DNA of 64,000 nucleotides from Candidatus Pyrohabitans jungbluthii (lineage in GTDB: Archaea > Hydrothermarchaeota > Hydrothermarchaeia > Hydrothermarchaeales > BMS3B): assembly GCA_002010065.2 (NCBI GenBank), contig MTMD02000002.1:416001-480000 (forward strand), in the 5' to 3' direction. Positions 37,999 through 46,968 of this stretch are shown here, piece by piece. The position numbers and the translations under genes are program-made. How positions within the stretch are numbered: position 1 is the stretch's first letter; each line of letters opens with the position of its first letter. Under the pieces are notes generated by a model that ran no database searches, was not told the origin of the DNA, and saw only the letters and a program-made list of their open reading frames with translations.

Positions 37999-39300
37999 TT
38001 ATCTCAGCCTCTCGGGCACCACCTGCTTTGCAGTTAAATCCTCGAAATCCTCGGCGTAGCGTATGAGCTCCGCCTTTCCATTATTCACCAGCACCTCAGC
38101 GCAGCGTGGACGGGAGTTGTACTGCGAAGCCATGACAAAGCCGTACGCGCCAGCGTCAAGAAAGGCTAAAACGTCACCCTTCTCTATCTCCGGCAGCAGC
38201 CTGTCCTTCGCAAGCAAATCGCCGCTCTCGCACAGGTTGCCGGCGATGGTGACTTCCTCGGCTGGAGCGAGAGAAGCCTTATTCGCTACAACCACATCAT
38301 GATGAGAGCCATACATCGCTGGCCTTATAAGAAGGTTGAATCCAGCGTCGCAGCCTATAAACTTCTTATATGGGGTGCGCTTTGTGGTGTAAACCCGCGC
38401 CAGCATTACTCCAGCGTCGCCCACGATGTAGCGCCCAGGCTCGAAGAGAAGCTTGGGCTTTCTTAACGAATACTCAGCCAGCTTCTCTTCAATTATGGGC
38501 AGTATCGCCTCAGCCAGCTGCGCTGGGGTAATATAGGGCTGCTCACCCGAGTAGCGGATTCCCACACCTCCGCCAAGGTCGGCGAACTCCAGCTCCAAGC
38601 CAAGCTCTCTCTTCAGCCTGCCCATGATATCAAAAAGCCTGCGCGTCGCCTCCTCGTAGGGCTCTGTCTTGGTAATCTGCGAACCTATGTGCATATGTAT
38701 TCCTACGACGTTTAAACGTGAGCAGCGCATCGCCCGCTCGTATGCTTTGAGCACAATATCTTCATGAATGCCGAACTTGCTCTCCCGTAAGCCAGTCGCA
38801 AGGTGGGGATGCGTCTCCGGCGAGACTTCGGGGTTCACCCTGAATGAGACATTAGCCTCAGCATTCTCGGCTTCCACAATATCAATCAGCCTCTCAAGCT
38901 CATGAAGCGAGTCCAAGTTAATAATCACCCCTGCCTCCACCGCCTTCTCTAACTCGCGGTCGCTCTTGTTGTTTCCCGTAAAGATAATCTTGTCTCCAGG
39001 CAAACCAACCTTGAGCGCTAGGTAGAGCTCTCCCTCACTCACTATGTCAGCACCTGCACCCTCGCTACGCAGAATGTGGAGTATCGCAAGCGAAGTGTTG
39101 GCCTTGTATGCGTAGCACACCTCCACGTCACCGTAGCCTGCGAAGGCATCGCGAAACTCGCGATAGCGCCCGCGAATGCGCTGTTCATCGTACACATAGA
39201 GAGGAGTGCCGTACTTCTCCGCAAGCTCCACCAGATCGGCGCCGCCCAGCGCGAGGTGTCCGCGCTCGTTTATGCTCAGATGGGGTCGGAAGTCGAGCAT
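37999..39300 (-). CDS. lysA: Diaminopimelate decarboxylase
   Basis: YAYKAN, SKFG, HMHIGSQ, EPGRY, CESGD, YNSRPR. Confidence 0.96.
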   Translation of the reverse strand: MLDFRPHLSINERGHLALGGADLVELAEKYGTPLYVYDEQRIRGRYREFRDAFAGYGDVEVCYAYKANTSLAILHILRSEGAGADIVSEGELYLALKVGLPGDKIIFTGNNKSDRELEKAVEAGVIINLDSLHELERLIDIVEAENAEANVSFRVNPEVSPETHPHLATGLRESKFGIHEDIVLKAYERAMRCSRLNVVGIHMHIGSQITKTEPYEEATRRLFDIMGRLKRELGLELEFADLGGGVGIRYSGEQPYITPAQLAEAILPIIEEKLAEYSLRKPKLLFEPGRYIVGDAGVMLARVYTTKRTPYKKFIGCDAGFNLLIRPAMYGSHHDVVVANKASLAPAEEVTIAGNLCESGDLLAKDRLLPEIEKGDVLAFLDAGAYGFVMASQYNSRPRCAEVLVNNGKAELIRYAEDFEDLTAKQVVPERLR

Positions 39301-39351
39301 AGTGTATCACCTGGGATTATATCTTGTTATAATATAATTAAAAACTCACTT

Positions 39352-40527
39352 TTACTCCTCCTTCTCCTCCCTCCTCCCCCTCTCTGCAATCTCCCGCATG
39401 TCATCGTATATCTCCCTGGAAAGCTCGTCGAAGTCGGCTATGCGCCTGCGCAGCAGCTTGAACTTCTCAAACACCCGAGAAAAGCGTTCACTCACCTCCC
39501 CGCGGTTGCGCAGCATTCTGCCCAGCTGGTACAGGTAGCGTATCCTGTCGGAGCGGCGAATGCCTGAGTAGAGCACAGTAACCTCAAGGCTGCGCTTGTC
39601 GCTCGCTGGCAGGTCACCGCCTCTAACCTCGCCCTCAAGCTGTTTCTCAATCCATAGCCTGGAGGGTATGCTCCCCAGAAAGTCCAGGTAACGCCTTGGC
39701 CCTGAGACAACCACCAGGGCGCGCTTCGCCGCCGCCAGATCGAAGCTCACCAGCGTAGCCTGAGAAGCTTTTTTGGTCAGGTGTACCACAAGCTCGGGCT
39801 TATCCAGGTTTTCCTCCCCGCCGCCAAAGAGCGAGCCTGAGCTTCGCATCTCCTTGCCGGCTAAACCTATGCTCGAGACACCCGAAAGGGTATTTATCAC
39901 GTCGGTTGCGCCCAGCACATTGCTCCCCAGCTCTTCTGGCGCACGGTATTCGCCAACCTCGAAGAGATTGTTGAAGTACCTGAAGATCTTCTCGTTAATC
40001 ACATTGAGCTGCCCCTGGACGCGGAGCCCTTCGCTCAGCGCCTCATTGTCCACAGGAAAGACGGCATCGCTCTTGGCAACTATCGGTTTAAAACTCTCTG
40101 AGAAGTTTATAAGTGCGCGGTCAACATCCTGCTCGCTTGGTAAGATGCCCAGGTAGTACACCGGCTCTGTGTAGCTCTTCTTAAGCTCATCTATAAGCAT
40201 GTCCACGCCACCGCCTGTGCCCCCGCCGAAGGCTGAGATCACAAGCAGGCAGTCGAAGGTATCCTTCACGCGGTCTATCAGCTCGACGACGTTGTACTTC
40301 TCCTCATCCAGAATCTGCCTCCCCATCTCAATGTCGTAGTTTGTGCCGTTGCCGTCAAGCAAGCGCTCGCCAAGGAGGAGCTTGTGCTTATGCGGTAATG
40401 CAGCGAGCGTAAGGGCATCGCTGTCTAAAAGCACGCCAGTGTAGGGTACCCTGGAGCGACCTTCCTTTAGAAATACGCTTGCAATCTTACATCCAGCCCT
40501 GCCGACGCCTACAATCAGCGGCTTCAA
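39352..40527 (-). CDS. Divergent tubulin/FtsZ-superfamily (CetZ-like) protein with C-terminal coiled coil
   Basis: GVGRAGCKIA, FGGGTGGG, VDN, VINTL, RGGDLP; TTG start. Confidence 0.88.
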   Translation of the reverse strand: MKPLIVGVGRAGCKIASVFLKEGRSRVPYTGVLLDSDALTLAALPHKHKLLLGERLLDGNGTNYDIEMGRQILDEEKYNVVELIDRVKDTFDCLLVISAFGGGTGGGVDMLIDELKKSYTEPVYYLGILPSEQDVDRALINFSESFKPIVAKSDAVFPVDNEALSEGLRVQGQLNVINEKIFRYFNNLFEVGEYRAPEELGSNVLGATDVINTLSGVSSIGLAGKEMRSSGSLFGGGEENLDKPELVVHLTKKASQATLVSFDLAAAKRALVVVSGPRRYLDFLGSIPSRLWIEKQLEGEVRGGDLPASDKRSLEVTVLYSGIRRSDRIRYLYQLGRMLRNRGEVSERFSRVFEKFKLLRRRIADFDELSREIYDDMREIAERGRREEKEE

Positions 40528-40544
40528 TTGCTTCTCTCCCTACT

Positions 40545-41363
40545 TCAGCCCAGTTCTCCCGTTCTCTGCTTAATGAAGAACACAACCAAGGCAATTACAA
40601 TCACACCAGCTATGACAAGGAGATACTTTTTGAGGCTGGACTTCTTCTCCGCCGCCTGCGCCTTCTCTTTCGCCTCCTTTATTATATCCTCAAGCAGGGC
40701 GAGGGAACTCTCGGCATTCTGCTTTGCCAGATCCACATTACCCCTGTCGTGGAGCTTCTTAGCGGTGTTTAGGGTATCCTTCGCGGTTTCAAGGCGTTTT
40801 TTGAGGCTTTCCACATCCACTCCGCGCTTCTCAAGCTCGTTAACCAGTTCCTCAGCTTCGCTCAGCTTAACCTCTGCCCTGCTTATCTCGCTGAGCGCAG
40901 CACTTATCAATTCGTTGGTCACGTCCAAGTAAAGGGAAGTCTCCTCCTGGTAACCCTTGTTGTCCTCGTCATAGTAAACATACGTGGAGACCTTGACAAC
41001 CTGTATGCGGGTGAGCTTGCTAACAGATGGAGCGTTGCCCACAAGCTTTATTGACACGCTCTTAAGCCCCTTGGGTAGAGGAATTTCAATCTCATTGCCA
41101 TAGTAGGTGTTAGCCTCGCCTCCGTCGAAGATTACGGTGGTGGTGGGGTTGTCCAGCCCTATGGTTATATTCAGCCTTGCCTCCTGAGGCTCGGGCCCAA
41201 GCTTCTTCAGCACCACATCAACTGCAACAGGGTCGCCAATCCTCGCAACCCCAACGGGTGAAACCTTCTGTTCCTCCACTGCCAGGTAGTCGGCAGATAT
41301 CTCAGCAGCTAAGGTAATACCAACGGCAACAATCATGGCAACTACAATAGGTAGAGCTTTCAT
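40545..41363 (-). CDS. Type I membrane protein: signal peptide, beta-rich domain, coiled coil, C-terminal TM
   Basis: MKALPIVVAMIVAVG signal; EAEELVNELEK...KAQAAEKK helical stretch; LLVIAGVIVIALVVFFI followed by KQRTGELG. Confidence 0.85.
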   Translation of the reverse strand: MKALPIVVAMIVAVGITLAAEISADYLAVEEQKVSPVGVARIGDPVAVDVVLKKLGPEPQEARLNITIGLDNPTTTVIFDGGEANTYYGNEIEIPLPKGLKSVSIKLVGNAPSVSKLTRIQVVKVSTYVYYDEDNKGYQEETSLYLDVTNELISAALSEISRAEVKLSEAEELVNELEKRGVDVESLKKRLETAKDTLNTAKKLHDRGNVDLAKQNAESSLALLEDIIKEAKEKAQAAEKKSSLKKYLLVIAGVIVIALVVFFIKQRTGELG

Positions 41364-41378
41364 ACATCTTTCCTCCTG

Positions 41379-42395
41379 TTACAGAGGGCTTATGTCCTCA
41401 AGAAGGTCCTCCAACTCAGGAGAAAGCCTTTTCTCCTCCTTCTCCTCCTTGACCTCATAGCTCCTGATTATATCATCTACACCAGTAATTATCATCCCAA
41501 TATTTAAATGTTTAGACCCAAAAACCTCATGAGAGGAAAAGCTCACCTCAGCCCCAAGCTTGTTCTTAACCCACTCCACAGCGAAGCCCTCGCCGTATAC
41601 GTTGCGAACATCTCCATTTATAAGCAGGAGTATCTTCTCAGGCTTTACATCCTCAAGGTTTATGTAGATGTGGTCTCGCAGCATCCTGCTTATTATATCC
41701 TTTGCCGAGATGTGCTCAGCTTTTATCCGCATAAATCCAATCGTCGCCTTCTTGCCCTCGACCTCCTTCGCCACGAGCACGGGGTCGGCGATGCTCATGA
41801 AGTTGGTTATCGTCGCGGTTATGGTTGCGTGGCTCCTACCTAGGTCTTCGCCGCGCGATGTCAGCACATTGTTGTCCAGAAAAAGCGCACCATCAACCTT
41901 GCTCACGACCTCATGGAAATACTTGCCAACATTTTTGATGTAGTGCAGCCCCTCGCCGCGAGAAGGCAGAAGAAAGATGCCAACCACAGGTACGCGATAA
42001 TACTTCCTAAGTCGCTCTGCAATCACAGGCGCACCGCCAGTGCCGGTGCCTCCTCCTAAGCCGGCAATAACAAAGAACACCTCTGGCTTCTCTGTGTTCG
42101 CCTTCCTCACAGCGTTCATCGCAAGCTCTATCTCCTCCTCCATTATCTTCCGCCCAAGCTCGACATCAGCACCCGTGCCGTGTCCCTTAGCTCTGCTCCT
42201 CCCTATTAGCACGCGGTTTTCCACAGGCAGGTGCTTTAGTGCGGAGATCGCCTCGGAGGTGTCGATGCCAACGCCTCTGAGCTCTTCCTGCTTGGAAGGA
42301 GCAAGAAGGCTGAAAAGGCTGGAGAGAGGGTCTTTTTTGTAGAAAGCATCAACTATCCTGCAGCCAGCTCCGCCTACGCCAACTAGGGAGAACAT
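41379..42395 (-). CDS. Divergent tubulin/FtsZ-superfamily (CetZ-like) protein
   Basis: GVGGAGCRI, GHGTGAD, AGLGGGTGTG, LDN. Confidence 0.88.
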   Translation of the reverse strand: MFSLVGVGGAGCRIVDAFYKKDPLSSLFSLLAPSKQEELRGVGIDTSEAISALKHLPVENRVLIGRSRAKGHGTGADVELGRKIMEEEIELAMNAVRKANTEKPEVFFVIAGLGGGTGTGGAPVIAERLRKYYRVPVVGIFLLPSRGEGLHYIKNVGKYFHEVVSKVDGALFLDNNVLTSRGEDLGRSHATITATITNFMSIADPVLVAKEVEGKKATIGFMRIKAEHISAKDIISRMLRDHIYINLEDVKPEKILLLINGDVRNVYGEGFAVEWVKNKLGAEVSFSSHEVFGSKHLNIGMIITGVDDIIRSYEVKEEKEEKRLSPELEDLLEDISPL

Positions 42396-42404
42396 CCACC
42401 CACC

Positions 42405-43550
42405 TTACAGGCCCTCAATATCTCCGAGAAGGTAGTCCAGGTCTCTCTCTTTCTGAGGCTCAGCCTCCGCGGTTACCTTCTTCTGAATCTCCCTGGCGCG
42501 CTCAAGCATGCGCTTCACTCGCGGAGCGTTGGTTATGCCGGCAAGAAGCACCACGCAGCCGACGTGGTTCTCCTTGGGCAGCGGATAATCGCCGCCTCTC
42601 ACTTCAGTGCCTGCGATGGTGCTCTCCAACCACTCTCTAGCCTTCTCTATACCCTTGCGGTCAAGCTGGTCCGGCGGCCCTGCGATAACAATAAGAGCCT
42701 TGCTGGCAGAGCGATAGTCGCAGGGTAAAAGCAGCCTTCCCTTAACGGCGCGCTTTGTAACAGAGAGGATGCGCGACGCCTTGCCTATCTCATACTCCTT
42801 CTTCTTGAAGAGCTTTGTCAGGAAGCCTTCCTTCTTAACTGCCTCCGAGGCGTAGCCTATGCTGCATATCCCGCCTGCCTTAAGAGTGTTTATAATCTCA
42901 CTCGCATCGACCACCATCTCGCCCACATGCTTGCGGTTCTTCACCTCACCCGCTCTGCAGAGAATGCCAAGGCGCTTTACTATCTCGTCGTTTATCCTGT
43001 CGTACGCCTGGCGAACACTCTCGCCGCTGCGCAGGAAAGCACCATTGTCTACCAAGATGGTCGCGTCTGCATGAGGAATCAGTGCTTTAAGGCTACGGGC
43101 GGCATTGAGGGTGTAGATATCGCCCTCATTCTCCGCGGGTAGTATTCCTATCGCATAAACAGGCTCGTCGTACACCTCCTTAAGGTGCCTGGTTACAACG
43201 CTTATGCTCCCGCTTCCTGTGCCACCTCCCAAGCCTGCTACGACGAAGAAGGCGTCAAAGGCGCTGACATTCAGCCTTGATATACGGTTGAGGATTATCT
43301 CTATCTCATCCTCGGCTATTCTCGCCGCCTTCTTATTATCTGCACCCACACCATGCCCCTTAACAACCGTCTCACCCAGAAGTATGCGGTCTTCCTGAGG
43401 TATGTATTGCAAACCCATGAGGTCAGAAACCGCCGTATTCACGGCTATTGCTTCAAAGGTGTGGGGTACGTGACTTTTTCTATCTCTCATTATGAATAAA
43501 TCAGCTATTTTACCTCCAGCCTGTCCTAAGCCGATTACCATCACTCTCAT
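42405..43550 (-). CDS. cetZ: CetZ tubulin-like cytoskeletal GTPase
   Basis: GLGQAGGKIAD, AVNTA..DL, GHGVGADN, GLGGGTGSG, EMVVDASEIINTL, EVRGGDYP. Confidence 0.92.
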   Translation of the reverse strand: MRVMVIGLGQAGGKIADLFIMRDRKSHVPHTFEAIAVNTAVSDLMGLQYIPQEDRILLGETVVKGHGVGADNKKAARIAEDEIEIILNRISRLNVSAFDAFFVVAGLGGGTGSGSISVVTRHLKEVYDEPVYAIGILPAENEGDIYTLNAARSLKALIPHADATILVDNGAFLRSGESVRQAYDRINDEIVKRLGILCRAGEVKNRKHVGEMVVDASEIINTLKAGGICSIGYASEAVKKEGFLTKLFKKKEYEIGKASRILSVTKRAVKGRLLLPCDYRSASKALIVIAGPPDQLDRKGIEKAREWLESTIAGTEVRGGDYPLPKENHVGCVVLLAGITNAPRVKRMLERAREIQKKVTAEAEPQKERDLDYLLGDIEGL

Positions 43551-43753
43551 CTGCTCTGCCTCCAGCTCTTCCGTTTAGAGTGTACTTTTTCCCCTTATAT
43601 ATATCTTACCTTGGAGTAACTTTTACTTACGAATAACACCTTTAGAATAACTTCCTCACTCGAACCTGAATGTGATTTTGGCTGTCAAATTTTTATGCAA
43701 AACATTCGGGTATCATTAATTTGTGAAAAAAATACCGCACAAAATCACATGTT

Positions 43754-44410
43754 TTACGGCCAAACATTCCTTCCAAACTTGGGATGGTCAGGATTGTATT
43801 TTAAAAATGTTGTTCCACCAAAAGTTTTTGTTATAATGAAAACAGGCGGATCTTTATTTAGATTTTTTCTGAAAAAATTTGTAGGCTTTTTTAAAGATCG
43901 ATTTCCCTCCCAGAAATAGGCACCTTTTGTTATATCTGTTGGATTAAACAATGCTCTAACTGTAGCCTCAAGATCAGATAACATATATTTATTATCAAAC
44001 CAGTTTTTTAGAGGTAGATTGTTAGCTTCTCTGTATCTAGCTGAATCTCGTCCATATATTGCATGTCCTCCAATACCTCCCTCCTTATGCGAACGCCAGA
44101 AATTAGGGCTCGAATAGTCTATGCCCTTATATTCAGCCCTATTTCTGATAACGCGAGCGATACCCTCACTCTCCTTGGGGTTATGACTTGATTCGCTATA
44201 CACCGTTGCTGCAATATCGCGAAGCACCGGTTCATCAAAAATGCGTAAAACACGAAAACCTGCAATATAAGAGGGGGTGCGATTTTTAACTGCTTCTACA
44301 ACCACTTCTTGCACAAGACAACAATCTAAATTCTCAAGAATAAATACCCTGTTATCTCCATCATCGTAATAACCAGAAAATGTCCCATCATCGCTGAAGA
44401 TGTATGTCAT
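43754..44410 (-). CDS. SleB/CwlJ (Hydrolase_2)-like cell-wall hydrolase / lytic transglycosylase
   Basis: IAATVYSES (cf. LA..VYAEA with catalytic Glu), IARVIRNR (cf. V.LNR), DITKGAYFW (cf. DPT.GA.YF); AT-rich; no signal peptide. Confidence 0.7.
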   Translation of the reverse strand: MTYIFSDDGTFSGYYDDGDNRVFILENLDCCLVQEVVVEAVKNRTPSYIAGFRVLRIFDEPVLRDIAATVYSESSHNPKESEGIARVIRNRAEYKGIDYSSPNFWRSHKEGGIGGHAIYGRDSARYREANNLPLKNWFDNKYMLSDLEATVRALFNPTDITKGAYFWEGNRSLKKPTNFFRKNLNKDPPVFIITKTFGGTTFLKYNPDHPKFGRNVWP

Positions 44411-44770
44411 TTATTCGTCACCCTCCTCAAAAACCCTCATTTCCACCGGCGAAAATCGGATTTTCATATAACTAATGTGATGTGGTTCGAGGTCTTTCAG
44501 CGAATCTGGCGAGATTCTAATCTTGATGTCTGATATTTCACCCTCACGTGTTTTTTTAACCTCAGGTGGTCCTGCAACGGCGAATCGCAGCTCCACCTCC
44601 ACGTCGGAGATGGTAAAAGCTGGAATAGAAAATGAGGACAGGGCTTTCTGGCTTTTATACGTATCTACCAGCCTAGCGCTCTCCAAATCTCCCAAGAACT
44701 TCGCTTGTCTCAGTGCTTGCAGTATACCTCCCACCACCGTCTTTAGGCTGACCTCCGCCTGCTCTGTCAT
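44411..44770 (-). CDS. Small DUF2589-like accessory protein
   Basis: SLKTVVGGILQALRQA helix and FSIPAFTISDVEVELRF strand resemble the two upstream paralogues; start moved to ATG 44770 (GGGTGG RBS-like). Confidence 0.65.
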   Translation of the reverse strand: MTEQAEVSLKTVVGGILQALRQAKFLGDLESARLVDTYKSQKALSSFSIPAFTISDVEVELRFAVAGPPEVKKTREGEISDIKIRISPDSLKDLEPHHISYMKIRFSPVEMRVFEEGDE

Positions 44771-44787
44771 TAATATCCACCCCAAAC

Positions 44788-44823
44788 GGTTAAAATGGGG
44801 GATGGAGTCCCCCACTATTAACC
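44788..44823 (-). other. Intercistronic stem-loop
   Basis: Minus strand GGTTAA-TAG-TGGGGGA-ctcca-TCCCCCA-TT-TTAACC, just after the stop of the 215-aa gene. Confidence 0.6.
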
Positions 44824-44827
44824 ACGG

Positions 44828-45475
44828 TCAGCCGCCTCCGGAGCCACCGCTACCGCCGGCGGGAACAGTTATCTTCTCTCCCTCGGAAAGGGGTACCACC
44901 TTCATCGCATCGCTGAGCATATCCAGAACCCTTGCAAGACCTTCAGGTATCTCATCCTGCACAGCATTTACTGTAATCTTCAATGTACTCCTCCTGTCGG
45001 TTTCCCTCTTGTTCGCACTCCGGTAGGTGAAAGAGCCCTTGAGCTGTACCTTGTAGAACCAGCCCCCCGCCTTTGCATTTGTGCTTATGTTCGTCTCAGT
45101 TGTGGATTCTGATGTTTCCACATCCCTTATTTGATATTCAAAGTCTATTGTCATGTCGTTGATTCGAATGAACGGTATGGGTACTATGCTCAGGAGCGGA
45201 ACCGTAAGTTTCGAAGGCACCACCTTGTGCACAGTTTCCTCTCCTTCCCTCTCCTCAATCACCCGGTCGAATTTGAACTCCACGTATCTAGCCTCGTACC
45301 CCGTTTTGTCATCTGTGGCGGTCCAGCTGGAGTCCTCCTTGAGACCCACCTCCTTTATGAAATCCACTGTGGTCTTTGCCGCCAGTGCCTGCGCCTTAAT
45401 AGCCGCCACAAGTGGCGACCCAATTACATGCTCCAATGGAAGAGCTCTCAACTCTGCCGGTATATTTGCCATCAT
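44828..45475 (-). CDS. DUF2589 domain protein
   Basis: LPLEHVIGSPLVAAIKAQ..AAKTT.DFI..VG, VPLLSIVPIP.I.I....IDF, PEGLARVLDML; strong GGAGGTGA RBS; Gly-rich tail. Confidence 0.8.
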   Translation of the reverse strand: MMANIPAELRALPLEHVIGSPLVAAIKAQALAAKTTVDFIKEVGLKEDSSWTATDDKTGYEARYVEFKFDRVIEEREGEETVHKVVPSKLTVPLLSIVPIPFIRINDMTIDFEYQIRDVETSESTTETNISTNAKAGGWFYKVQLKGSFTYRSANKRETDRRSTLKITVNAVQDEIPEGLARVLDMLSDAMKVVPLSEGEKITVPAGGSGGSGGG

Positions 45476-45484
45476 CTCACCTCC

Positions 45485-46246
45485 TTATTTTTCTCCCTCA
45501 GCGAGGAGCTTTGCCTTTTTTCTCCATCCGAGAATGCGTCTTTCCGAAACGCCAACAGTCTTCGCCAGCTCTTTAACACCTTCATTTGTCTTGGTTGCAG
45601 AAATCAGGTCCATAACGGTGGCAATTCCCTTTTTCTTGAGGAGGTCCGCTGTCTCGGCTCCAATACCACGTATTTTCTCCACAGGAAGAGAGCTTTCAGC
45701 TTGCTTCTTCTGTGCCCCTGTACTGGCTGATGGGGTCTTACCGCTCAGTAAGTCGACAAGAACATCCCCAAGTCTCGCCATTCCCTCAGGAACATCTCTG
45801 GTGATTTTCATCTTTACCCTTATTGTGGTTGGGTTGGATTTCCCCAGGGGAGAGAACAGTGCCAGGGTTGGTGCAAGAGAGGCACCCTTTAATGCCGATG
45901 ATATGACCGACGATTTTATAGGTTCTGTCCTCGGCTCCACTATTTCAACCCCAAACTCCACGTCCATCTCCTGAAGCTGCATTACCGGAGGAGGTACCAG
46001 TGCAAGCAGTGGTATGCTCAGCTCCAGAGGTTTTTCTTTGATCTCTGTTTTGGACTCACCAGTTTCAGGGTCAATTTTTCTCTCCTCTACTATCCTTTCG
46101 GCTCTCAGGCTGAAGGTTCTGGCGGAACCTTTCTCCATGCCAAACTCTTCAATGAAGGAGATTGTCTCCTGAAGGGCAAGATTCTGCGCCCTTATTGCAG
46201 CTTGGAGAGGCAGAGCGAAAAGCTGACCTAACTGGAGGAGTTTCAC
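45485..46246 (-). CDS. DUF2589 domain protein fused to C-terminal helix-hairpin-helix (DUF4332-like) domain
   Basis: LPLQAAIRAQ..A...TI.FI...G, IPLLALVPPP, PEGMARL.D.L; then IRGIGAETADLLKKKGIATV.DL...GVSERRILGW; GTG start. Confidence 0.8.
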   Translation of the reverse strand: MKLLQLGQLFALPLQAAIRAQNLALQETISFIEEFGMEKGSARTFSLRAERIVEERKIDPETGESKTEIKEKPLELSIPLLALVPPPVMQLQEMDVEFGVEIVEPRTEPIKSSVISSALKGASLAPTLALFSPLGKSNPTTIRVKMKITRDVPEGMARLGDVLVDLLSGKTPSASTGAQKKQAESSLPVEKIRGIGAETADLLKKKGIATVMDLISATKTNEGVKELAKTVGVSERRILGWRKKAKLLAEGEK

Positions 46247-46328
46247 GAAATACCCCCTGCATAACCCCCTATTTCATGGTACTATTATTTAAAATTAACG
46301 CAATGTGAGCCGTTGGCAGATTATGATG

Positions 46329-46874
46329 CTATTTTAATCTGACCTCACGCAGCATGGAATACACAGCCCCTTTCGGCGTGAGGATGCTCTTCATCAGTTT
46401 CACCTCACTGGCGAGAACTTCACCAAGCTCATCCTGTGCATGCTCGGCAATAAAGCGGGCTATCTTGTTCCTCTCCTGCATGCTCTTCACTCTCGCCAGG
46501 GTGATGTGGGGCACAAAGGCGCGTTTCTCCGGCGGAAACCCTAGCCTGAGCAGTTCCCTTTCAAGCTTTCCCTGAAGCTCTATTAGCGCGTCCTTACCCT
46601 CGGTTATCCCTGCCCATATTACGCGTGCGCTCCTCGCGCTGGGAAAGGCACCCACGCCCCTAATCGAGAATTTAAAGCTGCTGCAATCCTCAAAGGCGCG
46701 CTTCATGGCGGAGTGCACCTCTTCTACCTGCGCTTCTTCGATTTCCCCCAGAAACTTGAGGGTTATGTGCAGACTCTCTGGGGATACAGGCTTCACGCCT
46801 CTGATGCTGGATAGCTCCTCAAGCAGCTTCGGAAGCGCACTCGTATGTGCATCCACGGCGATGAAGGTGCGCAT
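46329..46874 (-). CDS. thpR: RNA 2',3'-cyclic phosphodiesterase (2'-5' RNA ligase family, 2H)
   Basis: MRTFIAVD, two HITL motifs, SILTPKGAVY. Confidence 0.93.
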   Translation of the reverse strand: MRTFIAVDAHTSALPKLLEELSSIRGVKPVSPESLHITLKFLGEIEEAQVEEVHSAMKRAFEDCSSFKFSIRGVGAFPSARSARVIWAGITEGKDALIELQGKLERELLRLGFPPEKRAFVPHITLARVKSMQERNKIARFIAEHAQDELGEVLASEVKLMKSILTPKGAVYSMLREVRLK

Positions 46875-46968
46875 GTTATTCTCTTCCTGCGTGACCTTTA
46901 TCTTATTTGCGCAGGGTTAGGGCGCGAAGGGCAGAAAGATTTATGAAAGCGTGAGCTAAGCTGTGAGT

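Noticed and set aside
45131-45974. 199-aa and 273-aa + strand ORFs over the DUF2589 genes
   Set aside because: Antisense to well-formed genes with RBSs; Ser/Thr-rich composition typical of shadow frames.
43560-46330. Looked for an integrase, transposase, att site or target-site duplication around the DUF2589 island
   Set aside because: None recognisable by eye, so it is not called a mobile element; foreign origin is inferred from composition and content only.
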